A DNA stretch of 64,000 bases from Gemmatimonadetes bacterium 13_2_20CM_2_65_7 (GTDB taxonomy: Bacteria > Gemmatimonadota > Gemmatimonadetes > Gemmatimonadales > GWC2-71-9): NCBI GenBank assembly GCA_001915025.1, contig MNDR01000081.1, forward strand, positions 18,814 through 82,813, read 5' to 3'. This document shows positions 46,672-53,462 of this stretch, one piece after another. Both the position numbers and the translations under genes were made by a program. Every line of letters begins with the position of its first letter. The first letter of the stretch is position 1. Under the pieces are notes generated by a model. That model saw only the letters and a program-made list of their open reading frames with translations, was not told where the DNA came from and did no database searches.

Positions 46672-47690
46672 ACGATGAATCCCTGTTCCGCGAGCCGATC
46701 CACGAACACCTTCACCTGCGCCGCGATCATCGGTTTATCGCCTCGGTCCGTCCATTCGGCGGCAATCGCTTCGTAGCGCGTCCGGCCGTCGAGCTGCGCG
46801 ACGATGAAGCGCTCGCGCTCCCCCCAGGTCGCGGCCGCGGCGTGAGCCGCGGTGGTTGCGCGCGCGGGCGCGAACTGGGCTGCGACGATGGCGTCGATCG
46901 ATCGCGCACTGTCGGGTTCGAGTCGCCTTGCGCCGGCCAGGTTTTGATCGACTTGCTCGACGGTGCGTGCGCCGGCCAACACGATGTTGACGCCAGGTCG
47001 CGAATACACCCATGCAAGGGCCAGCGCGGCGAGCGTGAGACCGGCGCGCTGCGCGATTGGGCGCAGTCGTTCGATCACCTGTTGCCGCCGTGCGAATTCC
47101 GCTCCCTTGAACCAATAGATCGCGCCGCGGTGATCGCCGGGCGCAAATATCGGGGCGGAGGCAGCGCCGTACTTGCCGGAAAGCAGCCCCGATGCCAGCG
47201 GCCGGTATGCCAGAAATCCCAGTCCCTGCTGTTGGCACGTCGGGATCTCGCGCTCTTCCGCGTCGCGGTCGAACAGGTTGTACGCACCCTGATAGGTAAC
47301 GATCGGAGCGATTTCTGTCGCGCGCTGGATCTGCAAGTGCGTCGCGTTGCACAGTCCAATGGCGCGCGCCTTGCCTTGCTCCTGGAGCTCGTGGAGCTGC
47401 TCGAGCTGCGCTTCCCACCCGGGCAGCGCCTCGTGCAGCTGTAGCAGATCGACGTAATCGCTGTCGAGCCGTCGCAACGATGCCTCGAGCGATGTGCGTG
47501 GATCAGCGCGCGGGCCGACCTTCGTGGCAATCGCAATCGCTTCGCGCCGCTCGCGCAAGACACGGCCGTCGTGCTGTCCTGACCCACTCCAGCCGCTACC
47601 TCCGACCGCCCAGGCGCCGAACCCCAGCATGGGTTGGGTGCCGGTAAAACGCGACAGGGGCCCGAAGTTCATTCGGGCCCCCGCATGCAT
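46668..47690 (-). CDS. Aldo/keto-reductase-like protein lacking the DTA..YG catalytic segment, with a PqqD-like C-terminal tail
   Basis: AKR pattern LGFGAWAVGG...IATKVG...SLRRLDSDYVDLLQLH...GKARAIGLCN...YQGAYNLFDR...GFLAYRPLASGLLSGKY...VLAGARTVEQVDQNL. About 31 aa are missing between GQHDG and RVLRERRE. Tail FIVAQLDGRTRYEAIAAEWTDRGDKPMIAAQVKVFVDRLAEQGFIV. Start at ATG 47690 (GGAG SD) or 47672. Confidence 0.65.
   Translation of the reverse strand: MHAGARMNFGPLSRFTGTQPMLGFGAWAVGGSGWSGSGQHDGRVLRERREAIAIATKVGPRADPRTSLEASLRRLDSDYVDLLQLHEALPGWEAQLEQLHELQEQGKARAIGLCNATHLQIQRATEIAPIVTYQGAYNLFDRDAEEREIPTCQQQGLGFLAYRPLASGLLSGKYGAASAPIFAPGDHRGAIYWFKGAEFARRQQVIERLRPIAQRAGLTLAALALAWVYSRPGVNIVLAGARTVEQVDQNLAGARRLEPDSARSIDAIVAAQFAPARATTAAHAAAATWGERERFIVAQLDGRTRYEAIAAEWTDRGDKPMIAAQVKVFVDRLAEQGFIV
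47657..47681 (-). promoter_or_regulatory. Perfect 10-bp GC-rich hairpin just downstream of the short ORF, covering the alternative AKR start codon
   Basis: mRNA GGGGCCCGAA-UGAAC-UUCGGGCCCC. ATG 47672 sits at the loop/stem edge. A UUUU run follows 11 nt later. Confidence 0.4.
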
Positions 47691-47703
47691 GCTGCCGCTC
47701 CGG

Positions 47704-47796
47704 TTAGGAGTGGCAGGTGGGCTGCAGCTCGCTCGTCTCGACGATTTCGGGACGATGACAGCTGGGCACCAGTTCCTGCGTTTCAACGATCTGCAT
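47704..47796 (-). CDS. Candidate RiPP precursor peptide, 30 aa: MQIVETQELVPSCHRPEIVETSELQPTCHS
   Basis: GGAGG, then 4 nt, then ATG. Tandem 12-aa repeat IVET(Q/S)EL(V/Q)P(S/T)CH, with synonymous third-position differences between the two DNA copies. First gene of the MNIO operon. Below the ORF-track length cut-off. Confidence 0.5.
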   Translation of the reverse strand: MQIVETQELVPSCHRPEIVETSELQPTCHS

Positions 47797-47938
47797 ATAA
47801 CCTCCAATTGGAATAAATGGGGTGGTACTACTCGTCTCGCAATAATGCCGCGACCGCCTCAACGGTTCCCCACCCCCGACCCCCTTGAAATGGGCATGGT
47901 TGCATGAACGCGCAAGGCCCGCTACCCTCGGGAGCCCG

Positions 47939-48880
47939 ATGATTCAGATCGCGAGCCTCCTCACCGAGCAAGCCCTCGCCGACGAGTTCGTCAATTCGTT
48001 GGCGGCCCGGCGCCTCGACGAGAAGTTCTTCTATTGGTTCCCCCTCTCCGTGCGTGCCTGGCTGGCGCTCTGCTCCGATGGAGCGTACCGGAACTTCGTC
48101 CGCTCGCGATCACTGATCGCGCAATCCAGGGCGGAGCTTGCGGGCCAGACGCCCGCGGGCGAGATCGAGGTCCTCAGTCTCGGCGCAGGACAAGGGGACA
48201 AGGACGTGCTGCTGCTCGAGGCGTTGCGCGGGCACGGCCGGAGTGTCCGCTATGTCCCCGTGGACGCGAGCCAGGGCCTGCTCGAAATCGCGTGCCAGAG
48301 CGCCGGCGACGCCGGGTTTCCCGCGCAGGGAATCAAGGCCGACGTATCGCGCGCCGATCATCTCCGCGCCCTGGCAGCCGATTCTCGAACTCCGCCACGA
48401 CTCGTGATGATGCTGGGGAACACGCTCGGCGCGTTCGATCCGCTGGCGATGGCGCGCGCGCTGCGGGAACTCCTGCGGCCGGCCGATCTCCTGCTCGTGG
48501 ATGGTGAGGTGTACGCCGGCGATACCGTCGCCGGCTATGACAACCTGCTGAATCGCCGGTTCGCGTGGGCTCCGCTGCACTCGGTCGGCATCGACGAAGC
48601 GGATGGCGAGCTGCGGTTCGAAGTGCGGGACGACCCGCGCCTTCCCGGTCTCTACCCGCTCGCGAAATACTTCGCGCCCAGCCGTGACGTCGTGGCCCGC
48701 GTTGGCGGCGAAACACTGGCTCTCGCCGCCGGCGAACGCGTCGAAATGAATCACTCGTACAAATACTCGGCGGACACATTCACCCGGATTCTCGCAGACG
48801 CGGGACTCAAGGTCCGCTGGCGCGGAACGAGCGACGACGGCCGATTCCTCATGGTGCTCGCGGAGCGAGGGCTGCGATGA
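47939..48880 (+). CDS. SAM-dependent methyltransferase, EgtD-like (Methyltransf_33-type) fold
   Basis: KFFYWFP..., VLSLGAGQGDKDVLLLEAL, YVPVDASQGLL, MLGNTLGAFDP, LLLVDGEV, and the C-terminal HSYKYS pattern run parallel to the EgtD motifs (KyfYD, ELGsGts.Kt, Y.PiDis, flGStiGNf, LLlG.D, S.Ky). Start at ATG 47939 (GGAG SD). Confidence 0.5.
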   Translation: MIQIASLLTEQALADEFVNSLAARRLDEKFFYWFPLSVRAWLALCSDGAYRNFVRSRSLIAQSRAELAGQTPAGEIEVLSLGAGQGDKDVLLLEALRGHGRSVRYVPVDASQGLLEIACQSAGDAGFPAQGIKADVSRADHLRALAADSRTPPRLVMMLGNTLGAFDPLAMARALRELLRPADLLLVDGEVYAGDTVAGYDNLLNRRFAWAPLHSVGIDEADGELRFEVRDDPRLPGLYPLAKYFAPSRDVVARVGGETLALAAGERVEMNHSYKYSADTFTRILADAGLKVRWRGTSDDGRFLMVLAERGLR

Positions 48881-50148
48881 GCGCCCGAATCATCCGTACC
48901 TACTTCGCGATCACATTTCTCTTCAACCTGGCCATGTCCCTCATCTGGGGCGTTGACACGTTGTTCAAGCTCGGCGCCGGCCTCGACATTTTCCAGGTCA
49001 TGCTCACCAACGCCGCATTCACCGCCGGCTCCATGGTGTTCGAGATCCCGACCGGCGTGGTGGCCGATACCGTCGGGCGCCGAGTGTCGCTGCTGCTGAG
49101 TCTCGGCACACTGTTCATCACGACGTTGCTTTACGTCAGCGCGGCGTGGCGCGGCTGGGGCTTCGCCGCGTTCTGCTGGATCTCGGTGTTTCTAGGCTTG
49201 GGATACACGTTCTACACGGGAGCGGTGGATGCCTGGCTCGTGGACGCCCTGAAGGCCACGGGCTACAGCGCGCCGCTCGAACCGGTCTTCGCACGCGGGC
49301 AGATGATGTTCGGCGTGGGAATGTTGCTCGGGACGATCTCGGGGGGATTGCTGGGCCAGATTCATCTCTACATCCCATATCTCGTTCGCGCCGGGGTGGT
49401 GATCCCGCTGTTCGCGCTGGCGTGGTTCGGGATGCGGGAGGTCGGCTTCACTCCCCGCGCACTCGAGTTGCGCCGCGTGCCGGCCGAGCTGCGGCGGTTG
49501 TTCGTCGAGGGGATGGATTATGGGCTGCATCATCGAGTCGTCCGGCCGGTGATGCTCGCGTCGCTCGTGACGATGAGCTTCATGATTTTTGGCTTCTACA
49601 GTTGGCAGAAGTACTTCCTCGATCTATTGGGGAAGAATCTCATCTGGGTCAACGGTGTGATCAGCTCGCTCGTCGGGCTCGCGCTGATCGCTGGGAACGC
49701 GCTCGTGCCCAGTGTGTCGCGCGTGGTCGGCACGCGTACCGGCGTGCTCACGCTCAGCATCGTCGTCCAGGCGGCGACCGCGACCGCGTGTGGCGCGCTG
49801 GGACTGCTCGCCCCGGGTCCCGCTACGTTTTATATCGTCGTGCTGCTGTATCTCGTGTATGGCGTGGCACTGGGCGTATCGATGCCGGTCAAGCAAGGCT
49901 ACCTGAACGCCCACATCCCATCCGCTCAGCGCGCGACGATCATTTCACTCGACGCGTTTTTCGCGAGCCTGGGCGGTGTGGTGGGCCAGACCACCTGGGG
50001 GTACCTGGCGCGGCTGCGCGGTCTTGCGACGGCGTGGGTAGCGGGAGGGTTGGGTCTCGTGCTCGCGGTGCCGCTCTATCTACAGGCGCGCCGCCGCGAC
50101 AAGACACTGGACCGGTTCGAACAGGAGGCTTCGCATGTCACAGCCTGA
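48877..50148 (+). CDS. MFS transporter
   Basis: Twelve TM helices. DTVGRR motif between TM2 and TM3. ATGA overlap with the upstream methyltransferase. Confidence 0.8.
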   Translation: MSARIIRTYFAITFLFNLAMSLIWGVDTLFKLGAGLDIFQVMLTNAAFTAGSMVFEIPTGVVADTVGRRVSLLLSLGTLFITTLLYVSAAWRGWGFAAFCWISVFLGLGYTFYTGAVDAWLVDALKATGYSAPLEPVFARGQMMFGVGMLLGTISGGLLGQIHLYIPYLVRAGVVIPLFALAWFGMREVGFTPRALELRRVPAELRRLFVEGMDYGLHHRVVRPVMLASLVTMSFMIFGFYSWQKYFLDLLGKNLIWVNGVISSLVGLALIAGNALVPSVSRVVGTRTGVLTLSIVVQAATATACGALGLLAPGPATFYIVVLLYLVYGVALGVSMPVKQGYLNAHIPSAQRATIISLDAFFASLGGVVGQTTWGYLARLRGLATAWVAGGLGLVLAVPLYLQARRRDKTLDRFEQEASHVTA

Positions 50149-50340
50149 TGGGGTCGTAGTGCGGGGTGCGTGACCAAGAACACGATGCTCGACCAGATCG
50201 CGCTCGAGGTCGAGATCGACGGTGCCCTGACCGCGGAACAGCGGGCGCAGCCGCTGGAAATCGGGGAGAGGTGTCCGGTTCATCGAACGCTCAAGTCCGA
50301 GATCGTTATCGGAACGACGGCACAACCCTCAACGGAATAA
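50135..50340 (+). pseudogene. OsmC-family gene remnant with a large out-of-frame internal deletion
   Basis: ATG 50135: MSQPDGVVVRGA* compared with MPEADGVVVVHGGARG of the 43051 OsmC. A second frame from about 50167 reads CVTKNTMLDQIALEVEIDGALTAEQRAQPLEIGERCPVHRTLKSEIVIG, compared with CVVRDDTMLDRIETEVQVSGALTPEQQRRLVEIAHKCPVHRTLKSEINIR. The roughly 90 central residues are missing. Confidence 0.6.
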
Positions 50341-50352
50341 GGAGAGTCCTCG

Positions 50353-50730
50353 ATGCTGCAACGGGCTCATTTATACGCCTACATCCCGGCGAAGGACGTC
50401 GTCCGGGCACGCGCATTTTACGAGAAGACGCTCGGCTTCGAGCCTAAGCGAGAGACCGCCGGGGGCGTGATGTACGAGTTCGGCGACCGCACTGGTTGCT
50501 TCTTATATCCGACGCCCAACGCCGGCACGTCGAAAGCGAGTCAGGCCTTCTGGCAAGTCGACGATCTCGAGCGTGAAGTCGCCGAGCTGAAAGCTCGCGG
50601 GGTGCGGTTCGAGGAATATGACACGCCGGGGTTGAAGACCAAGGACGGCATCGCGACGAGTCGGGGGAACAAGGCCGCATGGTTCAAGGACACCGAGGGC
50701 AATATTCTGGCGCTGGTTCAGAACCTCTAA
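50353..50730 (+). CDS. VOC/glyoxalase-bleomycin-resistance family protein
   Basis: 125-aa beta-alpha-beta-beta-beta pattern: HLYAYIPAKDVVRARAFYEKTLGF...AWFKDTEGNILALVQ. Confidence 0.75.
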   Translation: MLQRAHLYAYIPAKDVVRARAFYEKTLGFEPKRETAGGVMYEFGDRTGCFLYPTPNAGTSKASQAFWQVDDLEREVAELKARGVRFEEYDTPGLKTKDGIATSRGNKAAWFKDTEGNILALVQNL

Positions 50731-50739
50731 GCGTGTAAG

Positions 50740-51675
50740 TCAGCGCTCGAGGAGCGCTCGCTGCCAGCCGCCCAGGTTCGCCGCCGCGTCGTAGGTACTC
50801 TGCGCGAACGCAAGGACGGCGGCATCCGGATCGGCCGCGCGCTGCACGGCCTCGTACGGCAAGATCCATTCGTGCATCCGCATGTCGTAGCCTGCGGCGG
50901 CCGGAGCGATGACAGCGTCCGGACATCCCGCAGGCTCGGGATACGCGTACGCATAAAACGCCGGCTCCAAAATCGGCGAGAATCCTCCGCCGGGCCACCA
51001 GCCGACGCTGATGCATTCGTGCGAATAGGCTTCCCGCGTCACCGTATCTGACAGATTGGGTATGCCGCCCGGGTGCCGCGGGGCGGGGCGGCCGGAGAAT
51101 CGCGTGTGAGCGAGATCGAAGCTCCCCCACCAGAAATGCACGGGACTCGTCTTGCCGAGGAAGCGGCTGCGGAACTGCTCGAGAACGCGCTTGGTCTGGA
51201 CGAGGACCTGCCAGCACGCCTGAACCGGCGCGGGCTCATACGAGCGATGAGTGGTGTCTGCCTCGAACCGAATCGGATTCGGGACTTCAACCGGCATCGT
51301 CCAGATCCGCGCTGGGATGTCTAGCCGTGTCAGCGCTGCCGTCACGAGCCGATAGAACTCGGCCACAGACCGCGGCTCGAGCGATACGGTGGTCCTTTTC
51401 CCGTCCGAGCACTCGAGCACGAGTTGATGGGCGACAAAATCGAACGAGATCGTGACGCTGCGATGATCGGCGGTCAGCGGCAGCGTGGCGAGTCCGCGCG
51501 ATGTTACCTGAAGCGCGGTGTTCCAGTAATGGTTCGTGAGCGGCGACAACTCCAGGGCGAGCTTGCCGACGACCTGCGTCCACATGTGGAGCGTGGCGTA
51601 AGTGTCCTTCCACCCCTCGAGCGGTAGGGCTGGCCACGTTTCGCTCGAAACGGCCTCAGTAGTCCGCGAAGGCAT
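50740..51675 (-). CDS. DUF5996 family protein
   Basis: WPALPLEGWKDTYATLHMWTQVVGKLALELSPLTNHYWNTALQVTSRGLAT is the signature N-terminus of DUF5996. Start taken at ATG 51675. Confidence 0.65.
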   Translation of the reverse strand: MPSRTTEAVSSETWPALPLEGWKDTYATLHMWTQVVGKLALELSPLTNHYWNTALQVTSRGLATLPLTADHRSVTISFDFVAHQLVLECSDGKRTTVSLEPRSVAEFYRLVTAALTRLDIPARIWTMPVEVPNPIRFEADTTHRSYEPAPVQACWQVLVQTKRVLEQFRSRFLGKTSPVHFWWGSFDLAHTRFSGRPAPRHPGGIPNLSDTVTREAYSHECISVGWWPGGGFSPILEPAFYAYAYPEPAGCPDAVIAPAAAGYDMRMHEWILPYEAVQRAADPDAAVLAFAQSTYDAAANLGGWQRALLER

Positions 51676-51957
51676 CGTCAGGATAACAATACGTGCGCGG
51701 CCGAATGGCGTGCACGCAACTTTCACCCTGGCTTCAGCGACACCATATCCGACCGGCGTAGTCGCGCTCCACTATCGGCATTAACCCTCGCTGCACGGCT
51801 GCCGCGATATCATTCGCGCGATGCCGCGCGCCGGCGTCGTGGCAGTGGCACCACGATCTGTAAGCCCTTGCGACGGAACGCGCTCGACATGTGAACATTC
51901 GGTACACCGCTTGCCTTCGTGCGGAGTTGCAAATCCTCATTCATGGAGGCAAGCGTT

Positions 51958-52623
51958 ATGTCCAACCCGAGATTGCTCGCCGGACTGACGGCGACCGCGG
52001 TGACCGCGGCGATCGCGCTGGTCGTCGGAAGCTGCGAGGCGAACCACACAGCGCTGGCGCCGAAGGTCGGTGGGCCGCGGTTCCACTTCGGTGCATTTGA
52101 GTGTACTCCCTTCAAGATGACCGGCGGTGGCCGCATCGATTATCCGGACGGCACGGCTGACAAGAATCCGCCGGCGAGCCACACCTACGAGACATTCGGC
52201 GCGCACGTGTTTGGCTCCGGTCAAACGGATGCGACTGGCACGTGCCTGGCCGACAAGGGCGCGTTGGAATGGATCGATCACCGGCCGGGGATGGAGCTCA
52301 ACGGACATCCCCTCAACCTCCATGCGACGTCGGTGACCTTCGCGGAACACCCGACAGACACCGACTGCACTGACGGCGCAGCGCATTGGGGCGGGAAGCT
52401 GCGGGTGCAGAACACCGGACAGGAGGATCTCGATTTTGAAGTGTTCGATTGTGACAACGGTGAGCCTGGCGTCGGTCACGACGGGTTCGCCATCAGGGTG
52501 TTAGAGCCCATCGACGGACTGGGGGACTATGAGGTGACGTGCCCGGATCCGGACCTACCACCGGCGGAGCCATCCTGCACGCTGACGGGTGGGAACAGGC
52601 AATTCCATCCAACCCACTTGTGA
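51958..52623 (+). CDS. Lipoprotein, Cys-rich, unknown function
   Basis: GGAGG SD. MSNPRLLAGLTATAVTAAIALVVGSC lipobox. Several further Cys residues downstream of the lipobox. Confidence 0.45.
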   Translation: MSNPRLLAGLTATAVTAAIALVVGSCEANHTALAPKVGGPRFHFGAFECTPFKMTGGGRIDYPDGTADKNPPASHTYETFGAHVFGSGQTDATGTCLADKGALEWIDHRPGMELNGHPLNLHATSVTFAEHPTDTDCTDGAAHWGGKLRVQNTGQEDLDFEVFDCDNGEPGVGHDGFAIRVLEPIDGLGDYEVTCPDPDLPPAEPSCTLTGGNRQFHPTHL

Positions 52624-52665
52624 GCCCGGACGCATATGCGTACCGAGATGGCTAAGGAGGATACA

Positions 52666-53313
52666 ATGAACATCGATAGCATCCGGCGGGCGATCCGTTT
52701 TGCGGGACTCGTCCTGCCCTTGACCTGGGCGCCGGGCTCCATGGCAGGCCAAATGCGGGCCGCGCAAGCCCAGTCATTCGGCGTCGGCGTGACCACGGCG
52801 ACGGTCAATCAGCAGGCACCGTCAGCCGTGTTGCCGGCAGGTGGCACAATGGCGCAGGATCAGGCCAGCAACGTCTCGATCGCCGACATGGTGACGGCGC
52901 AGGACGCGTTCGCAATCGTCGCGGGCGACGGGACGGACGCCTCGGACGCCGTGAGCAGCGCGACGCTCGGACAAGTGAGCATCCTCAACGGTTTGATAAC
53001 CGCGGATGGAATCGTCGCGATGGCGAGTAGCACAGTCGACGGAGGCGGCGCGAACAGCAATGCCGAGGGTTCGAGTCTCGCGAACCTGGTCGTGAACGGC
53101 GTGCAGGTGTCCGACCCCGCTCCGAACACGCGCATGGACTTGCCCGGCGTGGGCTACGTCGTGTTCAACGAGCAGATCCCGACGGGCGATGGCGTCACGA
53201 GCAGCGGGATCACCGTCAACATGATCCACGTGGTGTTGCAGCAGCTCGGGCTTTTCGGCTATGAGACGACGGGCGAGATCATCGTCGGGTCGGCGTCGAG
53301 TGGCGTGAACTAG
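52666..53313 (+). CDS. Secreted protein, unknown function (resembles choice-of-anchor-type proteins, weak recollection)
   Basis: AAGGAGG SD. Signal peptide. Pattern ...SSLANLVVNGVQVSDPAPNTRMDLPGVGYVVFNEQ...ITVNMIHVVL. Confidence 0.4.
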   Translation: MNIDSIRRAIRFAGLVLPLTWAPGSMAGQMRAAQAQSFGVGVTTATVNQQAPSAVLPAGGTMAQDQASNVSIADMVTAQDAFAIVAGDGTDASDAVSSATLGQVSILNGLITADGIVAMASSTVDGGGANSNAEGSSLANLVVNGVQVSDPAPNTRMDLPGVGYVVFNEQIPTGDGVTSSGITVNMIHVVLQQLGLFGYETTGEIIVGSASSGVN

Positions 53314-53462
53314 TCTCAGATCCCGGGCGGCGTGCTTCGTGCACGTCGTCCGGGATCAGATCGCGGCGTAGCCGAAACGAAGGTGGGCCCGAGGACGGTG
53401 GAAGCGCCACGCACCGGCAGTCGCGGCAAAGCTCAGACTCGTCGCGAGAAATTCGCGCCGCT

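Noticed and set aside
47673-47807. N-terminal extension of the AKR-like ORF from TTG 47807 (MEVICRSLKRRNWCPAVIV...)
   Set aside because: It overlaps the SD-preceded 30-codon ORF, whose repeat shows synonymous-only differences in the other frame. The extension is Arg/Ser-rich with no AKR homology. AKR homology starts at MNFGPL.
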